Assembly: GCA_040954595.2 (NCBI GenBank)
Contig: CM082578.2
Span: 18,432,728 to 18,496,727, forward strand
Reading direction: 5' to 3'
From: Balanoglossus misakiensis
Taxonomy: Eukaryota; Animalia; Hemichordata
DNA length: 64,000 bases
Under the pieces are notes generated by a model that worked only from the letters and a program-made list of their open reading frames with translations, was not told the origin of the DNA and did no database searches. The translations under genes were made by a program, and so were the position numbers. Positions within the stretch are counted from its first letter, which is position 1, and each line of letters opens with the position of its first letter. This document shows positions 27,981-59,904 of this stretch, one piece after another.

Positions 27981-30900
27981 TATGGGTGCTTCCTTCATGG
28001 TCTCGCTGATGGAATCCATTTTGGAGGATTTGCCTCTGCAGTTTGCCAACACTGCTGCCAACCAGTTTGGGATCGCCCCAAATGGAGCTTCACTAAGTTA
28101 AACTTGCTTTCATTTGTCTTTCATTCGTTTCCAAACATGTTATTAATATTACTTTCTTTTTTTTTCATCTTTGCTTTTTTTTTGACACTTTTTTTCCTTT
28201 CATAATAATGATTTTTTTTTTTGACATGACATTTTTTTTCTAGTTCAAAGGCATACTAATTTCAGTTAGATGACTTGCTTTCTTGCATGTTCCATTTTTT
28301 TATTGGGTATATTTTGGAATGGACAAATAATCTCATGGTTTAACCTTAGGGGCACGCTTGGGGTAGTTCCAAACCCTTGAATCTCCCATTCAAGTTTCTT
28401 TTGCCTCTCCCTGAAATGGGCTTCATCAGTTTCCGTTGGCATTCAGCATCTATATTGGACTGTTGTTTTAATAGATGAAGGCATGTTATGTCAGCCTCTT
28501 CTGCATGTTTAGTGAATAAAAAAAATCTGTAGTCTCTTCGGAGCCCTCTCTACATGTGTGTAAAAAAATTGGTATTGAACCCAGACTTTCTCTTTTGTAA
28601 ATAGTTTTCAACCGTTGATCATGCTTCAGAACTAAACAGAAAACTCAGGCCGAGTTAGAAGTAGCTTGTGTGTGCGTGTTTGTGAGAGAGAGAGAGTGTA
28701 CAACGAAAGAGCTTGTGTGAAACATGGCGTCAGTGTTGATGTACTTGTGTCAATTCAGTGGTTTAAATTTAATTTAAGAGGCAAACGTTTCTGCCTGTAA
28801 CATTTTCTCTCCATTCGGATTGTAGTCAAAGCTGTAGATTGGGGTAGATATATATATACGTAGCTTCCTTGTGGCAGGGTGTTGGGAGGGGGTGGGGCAT
28901 TTTGTGTGTGTTTGTGTGTGCATCCTCTTAGCCCGCAGAATCCACTTTCATCATTTACACAATGCAACACAAAGAAGATTTTCATATCCTTTTCTTGAGA
29001 TATGCAACTTGCGGTAAACCCTTTTGTTGGGTTCGCACAAACACAGTTGTCATTCAGAACAGGTGACTGCTGTTAGATTAATGAGCCAGTCTGTATCGGT
29101 GTAAAAGTGTAGACTTCTGGATGGTCAGAATGGAAATGTTATCCCTGAGATGTGTGCACACTCAAATACACGCGCGCGCACACACACACACAATGACAGC
29201 CTGGCATGTAAACGACTTTCCCGGATGTTGTTGTCAAAGTGAGGGTGTTCTGGGGTGTCAGGTAAATACATTGTTATGCGGAAATTCTTGAACATTTAAT
29301 AGAAGTGATTGCAATTTTAACTAGCGAATGTCTCATCTCATCTCGTTTAAAACAAGTGGTGGTTTTCTCACAGACTAGAGTGGATAGTGAATAGTTTCGG
29401 GGCAACCTTTACAGATCTGGTATCACAAACAAAATCGTCAGCCTAAACTTTGCCAAATGCCACAAGCTAGACGTTGAATACCCCAGAAAGCATCGTCACT
29501 TCATCTACATACCATGGGCGCATAAAAAAACAGCCATCTTCCACTTCCGGGAAAGTCTTCTATGATGTTTTTGTGAACCAGTCATGTGACCTTGCTGGAT
29601 ACAAAATATATGCAAATTGTTTGCATCTAATTTACATCTGATTAATATGATAAATGTTACTTTGTCATTGTGTAGCTGGTTAGAGAAGTTGGTCATCCTT
29701 TTGTCTCTGACACATGATCTCTGTAATGATACTTTCCACCCCGACTTCCATTCTGACACAAATCTTTGTAAAATGTACTCCAGAACTCGACCAAGGACAT
29801 TTTAGCACACATTCTCAGAAGATCACACAGCAATAAGTTGTGAAAGTTATGTTTTTGAAGTTAAATAGACTTTTTACAGTCTCCACATTTTTCTGAATAT
29901 TGTTCCTCTACTATGTGCAATTCAATTTTTTGTATGGCTTCTTCAGTGTACTGTCAGCTTACTGTGTCTTTTTTCGGACGCACTACTGTCGGTTTAGCTA
30001 AATTGCCAGGTAACCTATAGTTGTAGTTGTCAAACATGCTAAATATATACTGCCAGTGAAATATGTGCAGAACTTAAATGTGGCCAAATTGCAAAAAAAT
30101 TGAATAAAATTATATTGACAGTGATGTAACTGTCAGTGTTGCCAAACGATCAAATATGCTGACAGAATATCAATAGTGGTGTGAAAAACTGGTGGTAAAT
30201 TTGAAAATGGGCTGTCCTTGTGACGAAATTGAAACTATATTGATAAAATCGACTGCCGCTTGTGAAGCAGTGTTGAATATTGTCATTCTGGTGCATGCTC
30301 AGTTCAATTCGTCATTCGCTTGTTTCTGTGTGCAGTCAATTTAGCTAAATTCATGGTAGACTGACAGTGTAGTTTGAATAAATATTGTGTTTTGGGTAAT
30401 AGTTAGCCGTCTTGCTGGGTGTGTACGGTCAGGGTGGTGCACCAATCAACTGACGTCGTTGACGTAATAAAGTACACAGAGTGACTTATTTATTTTGGCT
30501 TTATTTCTCAGGATTGCATCGATGGGTTTTTACATATCACAGCGATGTCAATTACTTTTCTCGTGATGGCCTGTGTTTTTTCCTTCTCTCAGATTGTCTT
30601 TCAAAGGTTTATTTCCATTTCTGCTGTTGCTTCACACTGGATCTGTGCATTACAAACGGAATGAATGTACAGCATTCTCTTTCTTTGCCTTCGGTTTGTC
30701 AATGTATATGTCCTGGGTGTGGGGCAACATGCGAGGAATGGTTGGGTAACTTTGTTTATGATGCTGTATGTCTTTCATGTATATGGTTGGTAGGCCAACC
30801 TGCTATTACTGTTTCTGATGGCATCAAATCGCTGAAAAGGGGTTTATCTCCATAATCTGCAGCTACAGATTACAACTGTATAACGCTTTGAGAAAAAAGT

Positions 30901-33168
30901 TAACATTTCAAGTTATTTCAGGGGTAGTGAATACACATGTAAATTTTTTCATTCATTTTTTCAGTAGCAGTTTTTAGCCATAGCCGAGAAACTTTGCCAG
31001 TCGCTGCTTGAAGGGATATAATGTGTTTACCTTTGCATTTTACTGGCCATTATGGCGAGGGAGTGTTCGTGATCATAGACTTTACTTGCTGTTGGACATT
31101 TTAAATGATTCTAGAAACCTTCTGATTCTCTAGGTGTGTTGTTTAAAAAGATCATTGTTGAAAATGAAAATTAACATAATTAAATAAACTGTACCAAGGA
31201 GTTTTGATGACAAGTGTATTTCTGTAGACAATTTTGAAAGCCTTTTACTAACAATTGAAGTGACATGTATGTTGTATTGGGTGTCTTGTTGTGGTCTTAG
31301 TCACTCGGTGATTTAAAACAAAAAAAATTATTACAGCACATGGCCAATAGTAGACTTAGTCTTCAATTAGCTTTACAATATTTTGCATCTTAACTTTTTG
31401 TACGATGAGCAATACCTTTTACTTATTCACTTTTTTCAAAGTATCCAATGTTACATGTTACACAGCTCATGTATTAAAAGAATTGTACGGGCAAACACAT
31501 TCTGTTTGCGTTGCTTTGTTTCCAGATTAAATGGGTCGCCAACGTTTTTTTGCCGACTTTTTTATTTTTTAGGGTATATATATATAAATATGACACATTT
31601 TTCGTTCACTCTGTATTTCAGTTTATACTAGTGTTATAACTTTAGATATTTTGGTCTGTTGACATCTGAAATATATATAATGTTCCCCAAAAATTGCGTG
31701 AATTAAAAAAACAGCAAGATCCCAGCAACCTGATAGCCATAATTGAGGAGATGTCTTTGCAGTCAGTCACACAGACTAACATGTATATACTTCTTGTACA
31801 ATTTTCAATGTATCTCGAAAAATCTGTAGACTTAGATCTCACTACTATAAAAAAATCCCAACTTTTTTTCATAAGTGTGCTCTCAAGTCCGAGTGTAGCT
31901 GTTATATCTGTCAGCCAGGGGTTTCACTTCAGGTTGATGTGTTCTTTGATTCTGTCCCTGGACTAGCGCTGTGATCAGATTGTAAACTCACCCCCTGATT
32001 TTCCCACTTTTTCATCTTTCAATCAAGTTGTGAATAATTAAAACACTGAGAGTGTGAACATTTTTTTCCTGTCAATTAAGTTAAACAATTCTCATAATAT
32101 TATAGACAACAGCTTGTAATATAGCATGAGTCAGTATGGGGATAGACTTTCAGTTACCATTTTTTTTTTTAAATTGTAGTCTATTCAATTTGTAATGTAG
32201 ATGCGTTTTTTTCAGTTCTTGTAGTTTGATTGCGTCACAACTTTAGAATTGACTGTACGGCCAAACTGGCATGATGAATAAATTATACAGTGGTATGGAG
32301 TTAGGGTGTGGCACCTCAAAGTCCTAGGAAGCGTCACTGCGCATCGCGTGGAAGCAAGACAGGGAAGAAGTCACTCTTCCCGTTGAGCTACTAACACGAT
32401 GTACACATGTGCTTGGTCATGAAGTTAGGGGTGTTTTCCCCCATTCAAGCTGATAACTCAATATTTACCAATTAGTGGTGCTTTGATGTTTGGGGTGTCA
32501 CTTCCTGCCTGGAGTAATTCACTTTTTTTACTGTAATTTTAGGCACAATTGTTTTTGTTTTTTTTCATTCCAACATGAACTTTGATTTTGTGATGCCAAG
32601 ATACAAAAAAGTGGTCTGTAATAAGCTTTCCATGGTTTTTATGAATTAAACTGAATTTTAACACTCAGTTGTGTGTGTTATTCCCTAAATGGAAGAGATC
32701 TGCCTTAAAGCCCCCAATAGAAGTATTAAGTTTACGTTTACTGGACAAATTCCAGATGTCATTGCACACATGTCCATTGTGTGGATCCAAATGTGGCAAG
32801 TGATTATCTTGAGAGGTGATCAGGGGCATGATATCCGAGAATATAAAACAAGATAACATTTTAGTGTCGAGCGCCATAACGAAACAAAGGTGTACCGCCA
32901 CCACTTCTTGGCCTTCATGAAATGACTTGGGTAGTCTTTTCCATGTGTTACCATGCGCTATGGGCGAGATGAAAAACAGCACCCTCAGGCGTCGATAGAA
33001 GCGATTAGGGAGGATGTCGAAATGCCCGGTGTTATGGCGCTTACGCACCAACCGTTGCAACCCCAGCGCTTCTTAAACATTAAATAGAATACACTTGTAT
33101 GCCTACTGCTTTTATAATGGAAACAATAGTACGTACTCAGAACCGTATAATTTAGGTCGAATGTTTAA

Positions 33169-33353
33169 AGGTATACGGTCACCTCCAATTTGCATACGCG
33201 CATAGATGGCTGAAATGGCGTATTTGAGCGTTCTAAAGAACATATGGTGGCGCTCTTTTTTTCGCGTGTGCCACCCACTGAAAATCCGTGATTGGCTAGA
33301 TCTCAATTCGCCATGGTAACTATAGCTAATTTTCCATAGGTGACCGTATACCT
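33169..33353. mobile_element. 185-bp MITE with TTAA TSD (Kolobok-type termini)
   Basis: Perfect 16-bp TIRs AGGTATACGGTCACCT and AGGTGACCGTATACCT, flanked by TTAA at 33165-33168 and 33354-33357. Purine-purine termini fit Kolobok better than piggyBac. Confidence 0.8.
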
Positions 33354-34019
33354 TTAATGTACCGGTATTTTAAACAAGAGAAAGTTGCGAAATTGTTGCA
33401 TTATTTTACTCAATGACTCGGCTGTTAGAAAAAGTTTTCATACTGTAGGTCATGTTCGGCTAAAATTATTTTTCAAGGCCACCACTTTGGGAGGGTCATT
33501 CGACATTTTTTTCAGTACACACACATGCATGTTCCCCGAGAAAGCTATAAACACTGATAAATACAGGTGTGCAGTGCGTCCGCATGGCCAGAGACATATC
33601 TTCCGAGTTAGCAAATTCCTTACTCGGGATGTGATCCATAAGACATTGGAAATGGTCAGCATTTCTCTTTCATTTTATTTTTCAAACGTCACTGTCAAAT
33701 ATGGGTATGACTCCAACCCATACAGGTGCGTTGGTTCCACTTTTAGAGCCTATCTTCATGAGTCAGCTAGTTTCGTTCAGGATATGATCTAATAGACTCT
33801 CTAAGATAATGAAAGAAAACAAACGAAATAAAGTGAAACGGGTGAAATTTGATAGAAGGCGTACATTTTCAGAAAAAAAATCACATATTTTTTACAACTC
33901 GAAGTGAAAACTGCACTGACAACTCAAATAATATGCCGAAGCACACGTTTCATTCCCGTCTTTTTCGTGCTCAACTTCCATGATGTCATCAATGCTTCTT
34001 TTTTGTGTTAGCATAAGGG

Positions 34020-34187
34020 GTTTGAAATATACTTCCGGGTTTGTCGGGAAATATTTATACCCGGTCGTCGGGGTGGAATATTTTTTTATCGTATTTTCAC
34101 ATTCAGTCTTCTTCAAAATTCAGCCAGTGTTTCTATTATAAAACTATAGAAGAGGAGAACTGTACGAGCGAATTGGAAATTATTTAG
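34020..34187 (+). promoter_or_regulatory. Probable UBA1 promoter and non-coding first exon
   Basis: CpG-enriched stretch with an ETS-type ACTTCCGG at 34031 and a strong donor TAG|GTAAGT at 34187/34188. The UBA1 ATG at 34703 directly follows an acceptor (TTTTTTAG), so an upstream exon is required. Confidence 0.6.
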
Positions 34188-34702
34188 GTAAGTTTTAGTA
34201 TATAATACTTTCATATACATCTCTACATATAATATACACACGGTGCCGGTTCAGGGGAGTTTGATCACGTGGGAGAAAGTAATTTGAGTACAGGCGACAG
34301 ACACAACGCGCTGCACCGCTGGTACCTAATAGATGTAAATTTTGCATTATTCACCTCAGAATCGTCGTAGTTGTAAAGTTTTTCCACCGATTTCTCAACA
34401 TTCAACATATTCTAGGTAATGTGGGAAGCAAATTGAGGGATTCGCTGTGAATTCTCCTTAGCTCTCTTCCCACGTGCACCGTCGTCATTGTGCAGGGCTC
34501 ACAGCCGCCATCTTGCTTGCAAATGAATCACTGGTCGTCGAAAACCGTTGAAAAATTTCTGGTCTTTTTCTCTCTATTTTATGGTAAATGAACGCCGAGG
34601 CGGTTCTTGCGGGGTGTAAGTGAGATTAGATGTAGAGTGTGGTGGAATGTTTTAGGGGAAATTATCAAAACTGTCAACGTTTTCGTGGTCCAACTTTTTT
34701 AG

Positions 34703-53241
<18,539 letters not shown>

Positions 53242-53894
53242 CCTGGAGTATTCGTCAGTCTTGTAAATTAATTCAAAAAAGCAAGCAATGTGCAACATTT
53301 TTTTTGACAGACTGTGCAACTGAAATACCTGTTTCCCCTTTTTGCAAGATTTTGCACCATGGCCATCTATTTTGATGTTTCATCGCCTATATATCGGACA
53401 CTTAATATAAGTGCACTACATTGTGTATTCGCATGTCACTGTAGTGTCATTGTAAATGAAGGGGGCTATTGATAAAAAGAGAGATAACCTATCATTTAGC
53501 ACGCAAAAGCCAAGGCAGGAACAGTTGCATGTACCGGTCTTATTTTTGACAAAATAGAAGTTTGTTACAGTTAATAATCCTTGCGGAAAGAGGGCTAGTA
53601 ACCGATTAATTACTCAAATTGACACCATGCAGATGAAGCCTGAAAAAGAGCTCTTTTCAAGAATACATTTGCCCAGGGGTTGTTGTTTTTTTGTTGTTGC
53701 CAAAACTGACTTGTGTTACGTTGTTAGATTTAAGTGAATTTTCTCGGTTGCACAGTGATGCACAGTTTATACAATGTGAATTTTTGCAAAAACATTTCTT
53801 TCCCAGCTGATATAAGAACAATTTAATGTATTGATTTTACTTTCTTAGTGACTTTTCTTTAGTCTTTGTATGTTTGTGAATAGAAGTATAGTAT

Positions 53895-54186
53895 ACACAT
53901 GATGACTGACAATGAGGGCAACAGTGTATTTTGATGACCGAGGGTGCTGCTAGTCACAACTAAAACAGTCTTGTTTTGCCCGAGGGAAAACAGACTGTTT
54001 TGGTGTGACTGGCAGTCCCGAGGTCATTAAAAATACACTGTTGCCCGAATATGTCAGTCATCATGTGTTTTATAACACACCAAACCGATCGAACTGATGC
54101 CCTAGGCAACAGTTCGAAATGACTAAGGTCACGTGACGTCGTATTGACGAATCACGATCGAGGGTTCGCTGCATGGTGTGTTATAA
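53895..54186. mobile_element. Long imperfect hairpin plus second inverted repeat, same architecture as 35185-35497
   Basis: Hairpin at 53895-54068 (ACACATGATGACTGACA...TGTCAGTCATCATGTGT), then TTATAACACACCA (54070-54082) and TGGTGTGTTATAA (54174-54186) enclosing GGTCACGTG...GACGAATCA. Confidence 0.7.
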
Positions 54187-54218
54187 TATGTGATGGTGAC
54201 TAGTGACGCTACCAAGTG

Positions 54219-54311
54219 TTGTTATTACCGTAGTTGCTCGGGTAAGAGCCCAGGGTTCTGCTCCCCCAAATTTAGACCGGATATAACCTCGAGCAACTAC
54301 GGTAAAAGCAA
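54219..54311. repeat. Short inverted-repeat element (mini-MITE)
   Basis: Perfect 16-bp inverted repeat TTACCGTAGTTGCTCG (54225-54240) and CGAGCAACTACGGTAA (54290-54305). Confidence 0.7.
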
Positions 54312-54681
54312 TCTCCGTAGTATTTTGTACCTGTGGTATCAGTGTGTCTGGGTTGTAAGGTCATTCATATCTATGCATTTGCAGGCAATGTTTGTATTTC
54401 CTTGCCCCCCCCCCCCCCCCCCCATACACACACACTCTCATAGACTGGGACCTGTCAACTGGCAACAGTGGTGGCTGTGTGAATGTTTTTTGTGACATTG
54501 TGTCACTTTGGGTTCAGCCGTGATTTCTCCATTTGAAAATGCTGTATGGGTGTTGAACAAAAGATGTTCACCTCTGTGAATGTTACATACATGTACCATG
54601 CGGTCATTCGATTGCTGGTTGATTGCTTTCAGACGTGTTCTTATGGAATTATGGCTTCCATAAGTGTTGTTACAGGAATCC

Positions 54682-54687
54682 AATAAA
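54682..54687 (+). terminator. Candidate UBA1 polyadenylation signal
   Basis: AATAAA downstream of the UBA1 stop, followed by GT-rich sequence. It was the first canonical hexamer I noticed after the stop. Confidence 0.45.
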
Positions 54688-55800
54688 TCTATGTTAATTG
54701 TTATACCAATGAACCACTGCAGTCTCTTTGTGAGTTTGCGTGTATGAGCATGTGTGTTGGTGGACAGAAAGTTTTTGCATTTATATATGCAAAGTCGTGT
54801 CTATGTACATGTTCATGTACGTGTACTTCAAATCGGTGTTCTCTCTAATGAGTCGGGACTGACACCAGTTTCAACGTTCAGATGTGCTTTTGGTTCAGAG
54901 AGAAGTGTTGAGATCAGCCTGCACCAAACTCAAGGTGAAAGTTAGGCCTGGGCTTTTATGCTTCACGTTTTGTACATTTGCTGGTGAAATATTGGCAAAG
55001 CCCTTTAAAGTTCTGACAAGCAAAGGTATTGGTTTCAAAACTTTTAGTACTTTCAGACACTTGAGGTTGATAGTGCTGAAATGAAAGGAATACAGCCAGG
55101 AGTTGGCCTGTAAACTTGGATGCACCACACAGTATCAGTTGAAAGTTTTGTGTTTTAATATCAACAAAAGAATGCAATCAGTTTGCAAATCCCTGGCAAT
55201 AAAGTGCATGGATCTACCTACATGTCACTGTCATTTCCCATGATTCAAATTACAGTAAACGCCATATTGGAAATTCTGCCAACTTTCCCTCAACTTTGTA
55301 AAAAATCGCGCGACTTATACATGGCGAACATGTTTTTTTCTGAAAGAGTGACCTCAAAGCTACCAAATTATGTAGAAATCAGCTACGGCGGATTTCCCCT
55401 TTAAATAATTCACATTAGTAAATGGCATACATATCTAAAATACACATTGATTCAGATGCACTTGTACATAGTCTCAGACAACTTCGGAAACAGACTAGCG
55501 ATGCTTGTATCAATCATGTGAATGTGGTTGTAAACCCCTTTGGGCAGACCAGCCACAAACGTGACTTGACTATCTGATGTATGCCAAGGTGCAATATGCT
55601 TATTTCTTTTTTGATGTTCACTCTTCTCTTTGACCCTAAGTTGACAAACTCAATTTTGAAGAAAACCTCACCCAGCTTTTCAAGAGGTATAAATGACTGG
55701 GAACATTTGGTCAAACTATGTACAGTGCACCTTATTAGACGGTTGTGATATATAACCTAAAATCCGCTTAAATATTTCACTTCTTGACAGTCATGTACTT

Positions 55801-58800
55801 CTACATGGACGCAAGCGGTTGACGTATCTCCACAGCCGTTTCTTCTTCCAGCATGTTGATGAACATTCTGATATTGTCGTCCAACCACTCTCTGTGCAGC
55901 AAGTTCTCCACCCAGGACTTTGGAAGCTTCTTGTATCCAAGTTTGCAGCCAAGCAGTGCCCCGGCCACAGCCCCATTGGTGTCTGCATCACCACCCTGTT
56001 GTGATTACATGTAAATATTACAGTTATGAGAGACTGTTTTACAAAATTCCTGTTTTCAGAGTCATTTGTGGAGAATATCATTTTTTTTTTTTACATTTTG
56101 CATCATAAGTTGATTCCATGCGAAAAGTAGTTTAGGCTAATGTCATTTTAATACAATGGTACAATGACATAATTTATGATACAAACTACACATTCTGTCA
56201 TTGAAGTACATGTACATTTTTACTGACAAGTGGAGAGAGCTAAGGTACAGAACAAAATGTCGAATGACTGTGGTGACTCTTTGTAGTTCCCACTTTTGAG
56301 GATAACGACACAACCCTTTGACAATACCACTGTAAAAAAGCTGTAACAAACCTCTTTGACAATGGCTGTCAGTGCTTTCCTGAAATCATCCTGTCTCAGT
56401 GCCCAGAACCCTGCGCCCAGACACTTGTACGTGTAACCAATGGTACCCGGATCATCAAGTTTGAGCTCAGACAATTTCTGTACATTCATATATTCATGCA
56501 GTATGTTTTTCTACAAAAGGAAAAGAATATTTCAATATCAGCAATTTCGCAGCAAAGTGGTTGAAAGTAAAGTTTCTGGTAAAACCATACATGAATACTC
56601 TTTTGCCACATTTTACTAGATAAGGTTCCTTCTTGTAAAGGACAGTTACCAAATTTTGTTATATTTGGGTGCATTTTATCCTTGGTTACAGCAACTCGCA
56701 TTGTTCTGTCTTAAATGAAGGTTGCTACCTGGGGCGAGTTGGGCTTGGGCTATGATTGGCTTGGGTCAAATCAGATTTTGGGTGGCCATGTTGGTTTTGG
56801 GCCAAGCTGACCAGGCACCACATACATGTGCGTACCCTCATTCCATTGACATCATCTGGAATATATTCCTTTGCCAAGTGATATACATCTTCTGTGATAC
56901 CTTCATGGATTATCTTGCCATTTAAACTTCGGTGATGTTTACCGTGAATCATCATCGCTATGGCTGTTGACACGGCAACACACGACGCTATGCACCTTGT
57001 GATAAAAATGACAATAAACTTCAGCTGATATATTCAAATCAATAGCTCTATAATAAGATCAGTCTCCACATTTCATGAAGTTATTCATCTTTTATTCAGC
57101 ACATCTTTGGAGGCAGGTGTGAGAATGAAGTCTGGAATATATATTTGAGTATTTTACTGCCAAATGTCGACCAAATTGTCTTTAAAAAATTGTGATATGA
57201 GTTTTACTGTTTCTCTACCTTACTTTCTATTTCTTAATTGAAGCCGCCCTTCTCAGGTGTGTTTCCCTTTCAGTGGGACAGTGTGCAATGTACGAATGGT
57301 TTGGGTATGATAAATCCAAATTGCAGTAACTCTGCTGCAGATGTTTCAGTTTGTTGGAGGTCACGTTTATTTTATCATCTTGACATAAAAGAAACTCCAA
57401 GCTATTTTGAAATTGGCTGTAATCAACCTAAAAGACAGTGGAATTATTTTACCCCCTGTCACTGTATGTGGTCACAACACTAAAGCACCTAAGACTGCAA
57501 CTTGCTATGCACTAGCATGAAAATATAGTTAGTGTATCATTATGCACGTCATGAAATTGATACTGAATTGTCGGTTGATTGTTACCAATCAAAGGGTGTG
57601 TGGAGAGAAACTAAAAGGTGTCAATGTACTTTCACACACTGTCAACCGGGTCACCTACGACCCTGCAGTTGGCGAATACCACAGACAGAGACACAGCTTG
57701 CAATATGATGATGTCAAACACTCAGTGGGCATAGTAACTAAGAAATAAATAAAGACAGTGTCAGTTTGCGACTCACCTTGGGTCTGCGTGAGTAGTGGTG
57801 CATACATCAATGGTGTTGTCAATCACTTGGTGGATGTCAGAGAACCGATGAATGCCGAGAATAGACGTTCTCATGACGGCACCGTTGGGAGCGTTCTGTC
57901 CTTTGCTTCCTGTCCACACATCCTGGGCTGCCTGTCGAATCAGACAGAAAATCGCCACCATCAACACCTGCGTTCCTCTTATCCGCTGTCACCTACACAC
58001 AAATGACGCTGGCTGGGCAATCTGACACATATGCCAACAATTTGCAATGCAAAACACATGAACTGCTCTGAACTCTACTGAATTATGAGCAATGTGGCAA
58101 ATGCTCTACACGATCAGGCAACACCTTTAAAGTCTGATCGCTAGGCTGGCTAAATAACTGTAAAAGGTGTATTAAGCATGCGAGAGACTACTCAAGCCTT
58201 AAAATGGCATTTGATTCTCCGCCACATTCAAAATAACTGCTTGGGTGACAAAAGTTCAGGATTGCTGTTGCACCTATTGTACATGGGAAAGATGCTAAAT
58301 AAAGGTGCAGTGTTAGAATTTGAAATGCATTTTCCTAATCAAAATAACAATCAATTGATAACGCAATAAATTTAAAGCTTCACCGCAGCAGTGAAGTTCT
58401 GCTTTTCAAAAAGCTTTTCAAGGTTTCCTGGTGGCTTTATAAAAAAATGTGTTTCGCAGTATTCAGTGAAAAATAAAACATCGTTCAAAGTTTTGAGAAA
58501 ATCATGATTCAATTTCAGGCGATACTGGTAGTGTAAGGGCAGAGATAAAAATTGGCTTTCAGGAGAACTTGATCACTTGTTCACTTTTTTCAGTAGAATG
58601 GATAAACCTGTATGCATGGCTGTAACCACCACTTATTATACAAGGTAGGCAAACCACACAAATTAAACATGTACCTTTTGTGGGTCATCTGTAAAATGTT
58701 TGTGTTTTAACACTTTATTCGTATTTGATCCAATACCCAGTCCGCATTTATCACCAAGTTCAGGAAATCCATGCTTGGCCCAGTCAAGTAGTTTGTTGGC

Positions 58801-59403
58801 AAAGTCAAGGACATCAACCTGTCAATAAAACAGATGAGACTTGAATCAAGTTCCAATAACATGGTATAGTGAATGTCTAATCTAGAAATCTGTCAATACC
58901 GAACACCTTTTCCCTTTGACATAGAACCACATGCTAAAAGAACCTCTATATATGCCCATAAGCAATTGGGGGAAGGGGGGTGTAAGTGGGTGTGATTTCC
59001 GTAATGGGTGACAAGATTATCCCTGTGCAAAACTCCACCGGAGAATTTTAATTGCACAAACCTTTCCTTTCCTGTCTACCAAGGATCTCATGATCAATAT
59101 CATTTGATCACTGTCATCTGTCCAATCACCTGTCTTCCAGCGTCTTTGATGAGGAATTGACTGCACCCTCTCCTTCATTTGATATTCTAAGTTTTCTTCA
59201 GAAAACCACTGCATTAGACAATGAAAAGATGGTTGGTATACCCCTCCCTGAATGTATGACATCATTCGCTCTGCATACCGTATCTTTACATTGCTCAAGC
59301 AACACTTCAAGTGGAAAACTACCACAGCTATTTGTCTCAACCCACAATTAAATTTCCATTCACACTTGAATTTGAAAAAGTATACAATGTATGTATGTAT
59401 GTA

Positions 59404-59436
<33 letters not shown>

Positions 59437-59904
59437 GTGTATTGTATGTATGTATTGTATTGTATGTATGTATGTGTGTGTGTGTGTTGGGATACACGTA
59501 TGCATGGATGCACAGGCGTTGGAATCGCACTGCCGGGGTCATGGGGGTGGCCTGATCAAACCCTTAATATTTACAGATTGAATCTGACCACACCCTGGCA
59601 GTGTGATTCCGACGCCTATGAATTGATGGATGGTGTTTTGGGCCAAAGTCACGGTTTCGAAATCATGCGGCTTGCCAATTAAATACGTTATGATTTGGTA
59701 TTAACTGACCATGTTTCCTTCTTCCTTGCTCATAAATTCAGTAAGTAGTCCAATAGCATCGCCGATGCAATGGCCATAAATGGTACCGAGAAGGCGGTCC
59801 ATCCGTTCGTCATTCAAGTCACTCGAACTGGAGTTGGTGGGATTGTTCGTTTGAACATACCAAACTGTTTCTCCTCTTGGCCTTGGCTGAGATCGGGTGG
59901 CCAT
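55801..59904 (-). CDS. ADP-ribosylglycohydrolase (ARH/DraG family), 7 exons, ~384 aa
   Basis: Exons 59904-59710, 59208-59062, 58818-58675, 57931-57777, 56995-56836, 56510-56352, 55995-55801. Family motifs: GHCIGDAIG, GDWTDDSDQ, PNGAVMR, THADPRC, GGDADTNGAVAGALLG. Confidence 0.92.
59386..59487. repeat. Compound (TATG)n/(TG)n microsatellite
   Basis: Read directly. It explains the HT-rich and VCM-rich spurious ORFs at this position. Confidence 0.9.
59511..59620. mobile_element. 110-bp MITE-like inverted repeat in ARH intron 1
   Basis: CACAGGCGTTGGAATCGCACTGCCGGGG and CCCTGGCAGTGTGATTCCGACGCCTATG (24/28). The TSD is only partial. Confidence 0.6.

Noticed and set aside
27978-28250. Stop-codon readthrough of PMCA
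   Set aside because: TAG-T is not a favoured readthrough context, the extension runs into poly-T low complexity, and it would mask the PDZ ligand.
29945-30372. Weak inverted repeats in the PMCA downstream region
   Set aside because: The arms are too short and diverged and no TSD was found. At most this is an old MITE.
32288-32530. Possible Pol III ncRNA (GC-richer stretch ending in T7)
   Set aside because: I could not recognise RNase P/MRP, 7SK, tRNA or snRNA motifs. It looks more like a MITE remnant, and an Infernal/Rfam search would be needed to decide.
32665-34116. ORFs of 131, 135 and 74 aa upstream of UBA1 as a divergent gene
   Set aside because: No recognisable domain and no consistent splice chain.
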